DNA from: Limisphaerales bacterium
Lineage (GTDB): Bacteria > Verrucomicrobiota > Verrucomicrobiia > Limisphaerales > AAA164-E04
Assembly: GCA_965204945.1 (NCBI GenBank)
Contig: OZ242022.1
Location: 3,797,591-3,861,590 of the forward strand
Direction of reading: 5' to 3'
DNA: 64,000 nt
The notes beneath the pieces are model-generated. The model did no database searches. It was not told the DNA's origin and saw nothing but the letters and a program-made list of their open reading frames with translations. Below are positions 20,017 to 28,425 of this stretch, in pieces. Made by a program: the position numbers and the translations under genes. How positions within the stretch are numbered: position 1 is the stretch's first letter; the number at the start of each line of letters is the position of its first letter.

Positions 20017-21861
20017 ATGAAAATTTGTTTGTTGTCGTTGGTCTTTTTGTTTTCGACCGTCGCCGTTCTTTCCGCCGAAACCAACAAACCCGCCTTGCGC
20101 GGCCGTCATTGGATTGCCATTGCCGGCAAGCCTCTTGCAGCCTCAGCCGGCGCCAAAATCTTTGATCGGGGAGGCAACGCCGTGGACGCGGCCTGCGCTA
20201 TGTTGGCGGCAGTTTGCACGATGTACGACGATCTGAGCTGGGGCGGGGAAACCCAGGCGTTGCTTTACGATCCGCGGTCCCAAAAAGTTCAGGGCATCAA
20301 TGCGCTTGGCGTGGCTCCCGCCGAGGCGACGGCGGAGTTTTTTCTTCAAAAAGGGCGCCATTATCCGCCGGGCAAAGGCCCTCAAGCGGCGGTCACTCCC
20401 GGCACTCCGGGCGGATTGATGGTCATGCTGGCTGAGTTTGGCACTTTGTCGCTTGCCCAAGTGCTGGAACCGGCTATGGAACTGGCCGCCGGCTATCCCA
20501 TAGAAGCCGCCATTGCCGACCGCATGGAAGAAGACAAGGCGATAATCAAGCGATGGCCTTGGTCTAAAAAAGTCTTCTTGCCGCACTTGGGCGAAGAGAG
20601 GGAAGCGCCTTATCCCGGAGAGATTTTCCGGCAAGCGGATCTTTGGGGAACATTGCAGCGGCTGGTGGAAGCGGAAGCCAAGGCTAAGGCGGCCGGCAAA
20701 TCCCGCGAAGAGGCCATTTTGACCGCTTATGACCGCTTCTATCGTGGCGACATTGCTCTGGAATTTGTCTCGGGATCTCGGGCGCAAGGCGGATTGCATA
20801 CGCTCCAAGACCTTGCCTCATGGGAGGTTCACGTCGAGACGCCTCCCAAAGTTTCTTACAAGGGTGTGGAAGTGTATAAGCTGAGTTGCTGGACTCAAGG
20901 GCCGGCACTGCTTCAAATGTTAAACATCTTGGAAAACTTCGACTTGGCCGCGCTCGGCTACAACAGCGCCCGCTACATCCACACGCTTTACCAAGCGATG
21001 AATTTGGCCTTTGCCGACCGCGACTTTTACTACGGTGATCCCTATCATCCGCCGAAAGAACCCATCAACGGCCTCCTTTCTAAAGAATACGCCAAGTCGC
21101 GGGCCTCTTCAATCCAGTGGAAGGAAAACAATCCCGCCGTCCTTCCGGGCGATCCTTATCCTTACGAAGGCCGCGTCAATCCCTACCAAGACTTGATCGA
21201 CAACTGGCATCAGACGGGCAAAAACCGCCCTTTGTCGCCCAGTCCCGAATCCATCACCCGCTATCATCAAAGCTTTCTGGCCGGCACCACCACCATTCAA
21301 GCCGCCGACGCTGATGGCTGGGTCGTCTCCATGACGCCCAGCGGCGGCTGGCTGCCGGCCTGCATCGCCGGCAAGACCGGCATCGGCATGAGCCAGCGCA
21401 TGCAGAGTTTTGTGCTGCGCAAAGAAGAAAGCCCGTTCAACGTCCTAACGACCGGCAAAAGGCCGCGAGTGACGCTCACCCCAAGCATCGCGCTAAAAAA
21501 TGGAAAACCTTTTTTGGCCTTCGGCGTTCAAGGAGGCGATGCGCAAGACCAAAACCTTTTGCAGTTTTTCCTCAACGTCGTCGAATTTGGAATGGACGCG
21601 CAAGAAGCCTGCGAAGCGCCCAACTTCAACAGCAAACAACTGCGTTCCTCCTTCGGCGGACACCAAAGCGATCCCGGCAGACTCATCCTCCAAGAAGACA
21701 CCCCAAACTGGGTGCAAAAGGAACTTACCAACATGGGCTATCGGCTTGACTACGAGCGCAAAACTTCAGGCCCCATCACCGCAATCCAGTTCCATCAGAA
21801 ACTCGGCACATTCCAAGGAGGCGCCAGCGATCACGGCGACGACTACGGCATAGTTTGGTAA
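20017..21861 (+). CDS. ggt: gamma-glutamyltranspeptidase
   Basis: The autoprocessing nucleophile context is FLAGTTTIQAADADGW, and there is a C-terminal GGASDHGDDYG block. The start was trimmed to ATG 20017, which gives the signal peptide MKICLLSLVFLFSTVAVLSAE. The track ORF from 19711 has an implausible leader. Confidence 0.85.
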   Translation: MKICLLSLVFLFSTVAVLSAETNKPALRGRHWIAIAGKPLAASAGAKIFDRGGNAVDAACAMLAAVCTMYDDLSWGGETQALLYDPRSQKVQGINALGVAPAEATAEFFLQKGRHYPPGKGPQAAVTPGTPGGLMVMLAEFGTLSLAQVLEPAMELAAGYPIEAAIADRMEEDKAIIKRWPWSKKVFLPHLGEEREAPYPGEIFRQADLWGTLQRLVEAEAKAKAAGKSREEAILTAYDRFYRGDIALEFVSGSRAQGGLHTLQDLASWEVHVETPPKVSYKGVEVYKLSCWTQGPALLQMLNILENFDLAALGYNSARYIHTLYQAMNLAFADRDFYYGDPYHPPKEPINGLLSKEYAKSRASSIQWKENNPAVLPGDPYPYEGRVNPYQDLIDNWHQTGKNRPLSPSPESITRYHQSFLAGTTTIQAADADGWVVSMTPSGGWLPACIAGKTGIGMSQRMQSFVLRKEESPFNVLTTGKRPRVTLTPSIALKNGKPFLAFGVQGGDAQDQNLLQFFLNVVEFGMDAQEACEAPNFNSKQLRSSFGGHQSDPGRLILQEDTPNWVQKELTNMGYRLDYERKTSGPITAIQFHQKLGTFQGGASDHGDDYGIVW

Positions 21862-22050
21862 CACAATTCTACCAACCCGCATTCCCACCGCGCGAAATTT
21901 GAATTCATCACTTTTTAGAAAACAAAAAACCTTCACTTTCATAAAAAAGATGAAAGCGAAATTAAAAACCCAATCGTCGTTTGCAGGCAACAACCCCTGA
22001 TTGCGAACGAACCCCGAATCAAAAATCACAAACTAAACTTCCGATGACGG

Positions 22051-22806
22051 CTACAAAGTGGCGGCTTGGCGGCGTTTCTTTTGCATTCGCCGGCGATAAA
22101 AGAGGACAAAGCCCAAGGCAAACAAGCCAAACACAAGCGCATATTCCTCCGGTTCTGGAATCAAGGCTGCGGGAGTGCTGGAAACCATTACTCGAAAACC
22201 GCTAGAACTCGGCGTGCCCAAAGTGCCGGCCGCCGCAAAATAAGGGCCGAAGATGTAGTTGTAATAATACTCGCCGGCGGTGTTGACAGCAAAGTTGGTG
22301 ATGGATTGAGACAAAGTGCCTTGCCCCCTCCACGAGACGACGTCGTTGGTGGAATAGCTGAGCGAACTTGCCGCGACTCGAATGCCCACGATGTCCACAC
22401 TTCCGTCTTTTTCCATATGAATGTGACTGATGGTTCTGGTGACGGAAGGCGTGGTAATCTGCGGCAAGCTGGCAGAGTTGGCAGTTAAAGAATAATCGAC
22501 CGCACTGCGATTCCCTGCAAAGAATCTAGTGCCGCCGGAGGTGTAGGGTAATATGCTTCCTACTGTCTCGAAACCTGCGACCGATTCCGTTGTGGAGATG
22601 GTGACGGCGCCGGATCGAGAAGCAGTGGAGCTGCCGGAGAACGTCCAGATGGTTGTGTTGGTGTCGCTTTGAAGGGGATTGATGGTGAGAATCAACTGCG
22701 CTTGGCTCTGCTCCAAAGAAACCAAGAAAGCGCCGACACTACCAACGCCACGAAAAGAGACCTATGCCCGCTTGCCGCTTGCATATTGTAAGGATAGCTT
22801 TTTCAT
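22051..22806 (-). CDS. PEP-CTERM surface protein, paralog 3 (5' end disrupted: leader and mature domain not in one clean frame)
   Basis: The C-terminal sorting signal is IPEPEEYALVFGLFALGFVLFYRRRMQKKRRQAATL. The mature ORF runs 22051-22725. ATG 22806 (MKKLSL, like the paralogs) is in frame but hits TAG after 14 codons. A hydrophobic leader (MQAASGHRSLFVALVVSALS, ATG 22784) lies in another frame. Confidence 0.6.
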
Positions 22807-22873
22807 CACTTCAAACATAAAAATAACCGTTAAATAACTGTTCTCCTGACTTTCCTTAAGGAAAGTTTCTTTA

Positions 22874-22902
22874 TTTATAATCTCTTTTCCGCCTCATGTC
22901 AA
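22874..22902 (-). promoter_or_regulatory. sigma70-like promoter of PEP-CTERM paralog 3
   Basis: The minus strand reads TTGACA, a 17 nt spacer, then TATAAA. The other two paralogs have the same geometry. Confidence 0.45.
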
Positions 22903-23154
22903 CCCTCAAATCCACAAAAAAGTGAAGAAAAATTCGTTGAAAACGGCAAAATCCACAAGAAAAGAGCGCGAAAGGAAGTTCGAGATGGGGAATTTTCCTT
23001 TGCCTTGTCGTCAAAATAGTCGGCATCCAATTTTTCTCTCCGCAAGCCCGCGGAATCATCGGGGCGTGGTTTCGCCAAAAAAAGAAATTTCGCCGCATCT
23101 TCTTCAATGCGCTTGTTTAGCGGTTGCCGCTCTGCTTGAGCCGGGAACGTTCCG

Positions 23155-25746
23155 TTATGCGTCTGCTTTCTTCGGGATGACTCGCACTGGACTGTTTTCG
23201 GAGGCGGATTGGGAGTCTGGGGATTTTTCGGATGTCGGAGGAGTTTCTTCCGGCGTTTCTGTAGCCGGTGGTTCGGGGGATGCGTCAACGGGATCGCTTT
23301 CTTGGCTGGCGGATGTTTCCGGGATGGTTGTATCTGCCGGGGCGGATTCATTCGGCGGCAGATCTGTTTCGTCTTTTGTTTTTTCGGCGGGTTCCTCTTT
23401 TGAAGCGAAGGACTCTGGGGCGTCATCCTGCGTTGTGTCGGAATTTTCCTCGGGAAGAACAGGGATTGCGTCCCCTTTGTCTTCGATCAGGGATTGGGCG
23501 GGTTCTTCCGGTTTTTCGGTCGACGGCGCTCTTTCCGGCGTTAATCGGATTCCTCCGCAGTAAGGCAGTGTCCATAAGCTGAATGCCCCAACCGGGCTTT
23601 TGATTACAAACCCTCGGGCCAACCGGGCGGAGCGCAGGAATTTGTGCCGCAGAAGGGTCATTTCGTTTTCCAATTCGGAGATTGCGGCGTCTAGATTCTC
23701 GAAAGTTTTTGAAATTCGTTCGTTGGCTTGAATGCGGGCTTCGAGATTCTGTTTGGCGGCGTCCAGTTCCGCTTTGCGGGATTGCAGCAGGCTGGCAAAG
23801 TTCTTTTTGAACTGCTGGATGTAAGTTTGCAGAAAGTCTTTTGAAGAGCGGGCGGGCACTCTGGGAAGGATGCTTTTCAGGTGGGTTTCGACGCATTTTT
23901 CCAACGCCGCCTTGCCTTCGGGCAGGAGACGTTTCCGCTTCTTTTGCGGCGCAAGCGCATTTGCGTTGTTGGTGCCGAGCAGACGGCGGCGCACTTTTGC
24001 CCGGCTTCGAAAAAGAATTCGATCCCAAAAGGTTCTGTTGACGGGGATGGATTCGGCATCCAGTTGGATGGCGCATTCTCCCGCCGGCGCGGCCGAGGCG
24101 TTGAAGGACTGGACGGAGCGGTGGTAGACGTCGTGTAGGGAGAGTCGGGCGCGGTCGAGCGCGATGACGAATTCGGGCGACGGACGGGCGCCGCCGGAAC
24201 TGGTGTCGAGTGTATTTCTTACCAAAGAGGCTGTTTTTTCGCCGATTTGTTTTTGAAGTTGTTCCATCCGGCGTTGCCAGGTTTTGCCAACTAAGTCGGC
24301 GAGGCAGTCGTCGGTTTCAAACCAGTCGTCGATTCCGGCCAGCATGGATTTTTGAAGTTCTTCGCGGATTTCTTCGGCGAATCGCGAGGCTTCTCGGCGG
24401 GCGTCCGCGTGCGTGTCTTCAAAAGCCTCTTCCCAATCAAATTGGGCGAGTTTCTTCACTGCCAGCAGTTGTTGATCCACTTCCTCGGCCTCTGCCTGCA
24501 AGCGCCGTTGCTGTTCGCGGAAACGAACCACAGAATCAGCCGAACAATGGCGCGACATTTCGTCCCGAAGATCGTCTCCTTGCCGGAAGCTGTCGTTCAT
24601 CAAATCGAAAAGATAGTCGCTACTGTTCAGATATTCCGTCAGGTCTTCTAGAAAAGCGCTGAAGTCATTCGGCCTCTCGGATTGGAGCGGCTGGATGGGC
24701 GGTTCCTCTTGTGTCGGGACGTCGGAAGACTCTCCGTCACTTGCTTGGAAATCGCCCGTCTCTGCTTGTTTTTCGTCTTCGGCCTCTTCATGGACGGCAT
24801 CTTGTTCGTCCGCGCTGCCGGTCTGAAGATGTCGCGAGGCCGCGTTCAACAGGTCGATGGGATAGATTTTGAGGCGGCCTTCTTGGGACGCCTTTCGCAG
24901 CGCCGCGCTCATGGTCAACGATTGAAAGGCGTCAATGATTTTTTGCGGGCTCTGGCTTTCCAAGCTCGGCTGCAAACTGCCGTCCGGCCTCAGGTCTCGC
25001 TTGGAGGAGTCTATGTTGACGACCAGAAAGACGCGGCTGAATAGTCCCAGCAGGTCGTTGAACTCCTGAAAGACTTGCTCCAGAAACAGATTGTCGGTTT
25101 TTACGACGAAGACCGCGCAGGCCGCGCTGTTGCGGAACTCCCTGGTCATCAAGTCGTAGCCAAACTTCATGCGGCTGTAAAGACCCGGCGTGTCCACCAG
25201 CACGATGCCGGACTCATTCAACTCCTTTGCCGCCAAACCGATGTCAATCCGTCGAATCGCCTCCGGGTAGTCCAAGCCGGGGTCAAATTCCCTTCCTTGT
25301 TCTTCCGCTCTTCGGATGCGGTCTGCCAAGTTGGCGTGGGAATCCTTGATCAAGACCTCCATCCCGACCTTGTCCGTATTAGTTTCGCGCCCATTATAGC
25401 GGGTCAGCCGGATTACGGATTTTTCCCCGTGACGCACGTAAACTAAGCACGGATAGGCGGGAAGCGAGGTCACTTCGCTCACATAAGCGCCGCTGATGGC
25501 GTTCATCAAGGTGGATTTCCCGCTTTTGAGGGGGCCGAAAATTAGAAGATAGGCCTGTTGCCCCTCCACCTTGTCGATCAAAGATTTGAGGCGGTGCTTG
25601 ACTTCGTTGAAACCGGCCAAATTCAATCGCAGCACGCCTTCCTGCGAATCCCGCTCAATCCGGCCGATCACAGCATCCAAAGCCGCGCCCGCAGGAATCA
25701 AGGCCCTTGAATACTCCTTACAAAAATCTGATATCTCTGTTTTCAT
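23155..25746 (-). CDS. bacterial dynamin-like GTPase (BDLP family) with long acidic/Pro-rich disordered C-terminal tail
   Basis: G1 P-loop FGPLKSGKSTLMNAISG and G3 VLVDTPGLYS are followed by a long helical stalk region. The last ~130 aa are E/P/S/T-rich low complexity. Confidence 0.8.
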   Translation of the reverse strand: MKTEISDFCKEYSRALIPAGAALDAVIGRIERDSQEGVLRLNLAGFNEVKHRLKSLIDKVEGQQAYLLIFGPLKSGKSTLMNAISGAYVSEVTSLPAYPCLVYVRHGEKSVIRLTRYNGRETNTDKVGMEVLIKDSHANLADRIRRAEEQGREFDPGLDYPEAIRRIDIGLAAKELNESGIVLVDTPGLYSRMKFGYDLMTREFRNSAACAVFVVKTDNLFLEQVFQEFNDLLGLFSRVFLVVNIDSSKRDLRPDGSLQPSLESQSPQKIIDAFQSLTMSAALRKASQEGRLKIYPIDLLNAASRHLQTGSADEQDAVHEEAEDEKQAETGDFQASDGESSDVPTQEEPPIQPLQSERPNDFSAFLEDLTEYLNSSDYLFDLMNDSFRQGDDLRDEMSRHCSADSVVRFREQQRRLQAEAEEVDQQLLAVKKLAQFDWEEAFEDTHADARREASRFAEEIREELQKSMLAGIDDWFETDDCLADLVGKTWQRRMEQLQKQIGEKTASLVRNTLDTSSGGARPSPEFVIALDRARLSLHDVYHRSVQSFNASAAPAGECAIQLDAESIPVNRTFWDRILFRSRAKVRRRLLGTNNANALAPQKKRKRLLPEGKAALEKCVETHLKSILPRVPARSSKDFLQTYIQQFKKNFASLLQSRKAELDAAKQNLEARIQANERISKTFENLDAAISELENEMTLLRHKFLRSARLARGFVIKSPVGAFSLWTLPYCGGIRLTPERAPSTEKPEEPAQSLIEDKGDAIPVLPEENSDTTQDDAPESFASKEEPAEKTKDETDLPPNESAPADTTIPETSASQESDPVDASPEPPATETPEETPPTSEKSPDSQSASENSPVRVIPKKADA

Positions 25747-26275
25747 TCCTTTGCGTTCACTTTAAGCCTTTCCCAAGACAAACTGCAACGAGAATTTTGA
25801 AGAACATGGAAGTCTCGACTTTCCTGAACGCTAATCTTTGCCTTTCGCAAAAAGAAAACATTTTTGCCGTTCAGATTGGCGACTTTGTAGCAGAACTGTG
25901 GAAAACAAATCCGACTTTGGCCATTTTCTCAACCGCAATCGCAATCAGCGCAACGGCGGCCTCCCATAAAAACCAGCAGCGGCTAACCGCGCGTTCCCAT
26001 AATCCGAATTCACCGCTCTTTCCGAAACAAGAAAAACTCCGCTTGGGAAATCCCAAAAGCGGTTGCTCTTGAAAAAACGAGGCCAACCTCAATCCAAAGG
26101 CCAATAGCCCAAACCACAGACCCCCAACACTAGCCAGAGGACTTTGACCCCCAAAATCACTAGCCACAAATCCTCAATCCCCTATCGCCCAGCCTTCTTC
26201 TGCCTCTTCTTGAAAAAGCCCTAACCCCCCCAAAAGCCTCCGACCACTTGGTTCGCCAGCGCAGCAAGTAGCCGG

Positions 26276-26410
26276 CTACAAAGTGGCGGCGGCTTGTCGT
26301 TTCCTTTGCCAGTGGCGGCGATGAAAGAGAACAAAACCCAGAGCAAACAAGCCAAACACAACTGCGCATTCTTCCGGCTCAGAGATGATGGTGCCGCCAT
26401 GAAAGCGAAG
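26276..26410 (-). pseudogene. orphan 3' fragment of a PEP-CTERM paralog (sorting-signal tail only)
   Basis: The minus strand translates as ...RFHGGTIISEPEECAVVFGLFALGFVLFHRRHWQRKRQAAATL*, which is collinear with the tails of the three full genes. No matching upstream body or start was found. Confidence 0.55.
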
Positions 26411-26619
26411 CGAACGGCAAACTCAATACAACCAATTCCCATCAGCGCAGCAACTAGCCAGCTATATGTCACCAGCCGTGGATCCCCGCAAATACCCGGC
26501 TGTTGGAGGAGGCAGGAGAATCTACAAATCACAAGATACCGACCACGAAGCTATGGTGGTTTGTCGTTTTTGTCGCTTGCCGCACAAACAGCCAAAAAAT
26601 CCGCATCGCCAAACCAAGG

Positions 26620-27370
26620 CTACAAAGTGGCGGCTTGCCGTTTCTTTTGGAAGTGGCGGCGGAAGAGGACAAAACCCAAAGCAAACAAGCCAAACACAAG
26701 CGCGTATTCCTCCGGCTCAGGGATGATCCCGCTGTGAATGCGCAAAGTCACTCCGTCTCTGGCAAAGTTCGGCTCCAACGTCGCCCAGGCCCCCACATTC
26801 TTGATGAAGAAATCCCCAATCGGCTTCTCCAACAAACCTGAACCCACCCAAGAAGACGCCTGCCCATTAAGAAGCCCATAGTTGAAAGTGCTGCTCACCC
26901 GAATGCCAATATTATCGGCGGCAGTCACATCGTTCATGAACATCCGATTAATAGTTCGGTTGACGGGCGTCGTGCCGATGGTGATGGTGGGCGTGTTGGT
27001 GGCGGTGACGGCAAAGACGATGTTGCTCTTGCCGCCGCCCGGAATTCGGGCATTCACTGAAGCGATGTCTAGGCGGTTGGTGCTGGAAGAGAGGGGAGAG
27101 AGGGTGATGGTTTGGTTGGAAGGCTTGTTGGCGTTGTAAATGTCGCTGGCCGTCTGCCAACCATCGGCGCTAGAAGCGTTGCCGCTGGTGCGTAGCGTGC
27201 CGGGGGTTGCGACGGTGGAGGAGCCGGAGAAGATCCAGATGCTGTTAGTGGGGGTATCCTGGCTGGGATAGACATCAAGGATCAACTGCGCCTGGGCGTT
27301 GTCCCCCCCCCCCCCCCCCCCCCCCGCAAATGCAGGCGACGGCGGCCAATAAAGATAGTTTTCGTTTCAT
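26620..27370 (-). CDS. PEP-CTERM surface protein, paralog 1, with poly-G tract in the signal-peptide region (frameshifted as sequenced)
   Basis: ATG 27370 encodes MKRKLSLLAAVACIC, followed by G(23). The mature frame continues DNAQAQLILDVYPSQD... to IPEPEEYALVFGLFALGFVLFRRHFQKKRQAATL*. The track ORF 26620-27285 is the mature part only. The tract must be 3n+1 long to join the frames, and 23 is 3n+2. Confidence 0.75.
27303..27325 (-). repeat. homopolymeric G(23) tract (C23 on plus strand) inside a coding region
   Basis: Counted directly: C at every position from 27303 to 27325. Confidence 0.95.
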
Positions 27371-27401
27371 AGGAATCTAGTTTGTTGTCAAAAATCTCTT
27401 T

Positions 27402-27430
27402 GTTTCTAATCCTTCCTCCGCAACGAGTCA
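27402..27430 (-). promoter_or_regulatory. sigma70-like promoter of PEP-CTERM paralog 1
   Basis: The minus strand reads TTGACT, a 17 nt spacer, then TAGAAA, ~31 nt upstream of ATG 27370, preceded by T-rich tracts. Confidence 0.5.
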
Positions 27431-27540
27431 AGCCCTAAATCCACAAAAAAATGAAAAAAGTTAAGAAAAGTTCTTTGTAAAACGGGAAAAAGCGCAACAA
27501 AAGGGAATTCGGGCTGGGAAAATTCATAGTCTTTCCCCTT

Positions 27541-27756
27541 GCCGTTGCGGAAAAAGAAAGTTTTTGGAGCGGTTGCCGCTTGTTGTGGTCGTGATTTCTT
27601 TCTTCCGCAGCCAAGTAGTGAGTGGGATTCGATTGAAGGATTGGCGAGCAGAAGAGCGAGAACTGGTTGTTTTGGCGCGCAGTTTGTCGGCTTGTGGATT
27701 CTTTGGGTTTGGAGAGTTTTGACAAATCCAAAAGCCATCTGAGACAGATTAGTATT
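27541..27756. repeat. conserved ~220-bp upstream element, copy A (partner 58511-58738)
   Basis: Manual alignment to 58511-58738 shows about six substitutions, one 1-nt indel and one 12-nt tandem duplication. It contains a long imperfect hairpin (27547-27608), with arms GCGGAAAAAGAAAG/CTTTCTTTCTTCCGC enclosing AGCGG-TTG-CCGCT. Confidence 0.85.
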
Positions 27757-27940
27757 GGCTTAGTCATGGATCCTCAGCGGTTTTGCCGATGGAAGAGGAT
27801 TTTGCGGTATTCTATTAAAAGCGACTCTGTAAGGGTGATCTCGTTTTTAGAATGGCAAAGTCTCGTTGACTTGCGCGGGGGCAGGGACTATGCTCGGCTT
27901 TGTGTTGTCTGAAGGTCGCCAGTCAGCGAAGGAAAAGTTT

Positions 27941-28378
27941 ATGGAGTTTATTGCTACCAAGGGGCTTCGGTTGACGACTCAAAGAAGGGCCATTATCGAC
28001 ACGGTTTTCAACACCGAAGAACACTTTACCGCCGAACAATTGCTGGATTGGTCTCGCCGAAGAGATAAATCGGTTTCTCGGTCGACTGTTTATCGGACGC
28101 TTCCTTTATTGACGGAGAGCGGGTTGGTTCGGGAGATAGATTTTGGCAAAGACTACAAGTTTTACGATCCAAACTACGCAAACCACCCTAATCACAACCA
28201 CATTGTCTGCCAGGATTGCGAGCGCATTGTGGAATTTGAGAGCGAGAAAATCGAAAAACTGGAGGCGGAAATTACGCATAACCTGGGATTCCGCCTCAAA
28301 TCGCAACGAATCCAAATTACCGCCAACTGCGAAGAACTCAAGAAGTTGGGAAGCTGCCGCAATAAAGAATGCTCTTGA
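27941..28378 (+). CDS. fur: Fur-family transcriptional regulator
   Basis: The winged-helix region is LRLTTQRRAIIDTVF...HFTAEQLL, with metal-site residues HNHIVCQDCERIVEF. The start was set at ATG 27941 (GAAGGA 8 nt upstream). The track ORF begins at 27866. Confidence 0.8.
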   Translation: MEFIATKGLRLTTQRRAIIDTVFNTEEHFTAEQLLDWSRRRDKSVSRSTVYRTLPLLTESGLVREIDFGKDYKFYDPNYANHPNHNHIVCQDCERIVEFESEKIEKLEAEITHNLGFRLKSQRIQITANCEELKKLGSCRNKECS

Positions 28379-28425
28379 CCAATCCCCGGTTCTTTGCCGA
28401 TGCCCTCGTTGCGCGCTTGGCTGAG

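Noticed and set aside
21936-21956. Hairpin CTTTCAT-N7-ATGAAAG downstream of paralog 3 and ggt as a terminator
   Set aside because: The stem is a weak AT-only 7 bp, and the T-run on the minus strand is separated from the stem by 6 nt. This is not convincing enough to list as a feature.
22899-24076. Several 175-217-aa ORFs on both strands over the 3' half of the dynamin-like gene
   Set aside because: They arise from the low-complexity acidic/Pro-rich tail coding region. The dynamin frame is continuous and motif-supported.
27406-27738. Minus-strand ORF MAFGFVKTLQTQRIHKPTNCAPKQ... conserved in both copies of the upstream element (also within 58227-58982)
   Set aside because: Conservation is explained by near-identical DNA. 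A 1-nt indel (A5 versus A6) changes the downstream frame between copies, the ORF runs through the promoter boxes, and its composition is not protein-like. I treat it as non-coding.
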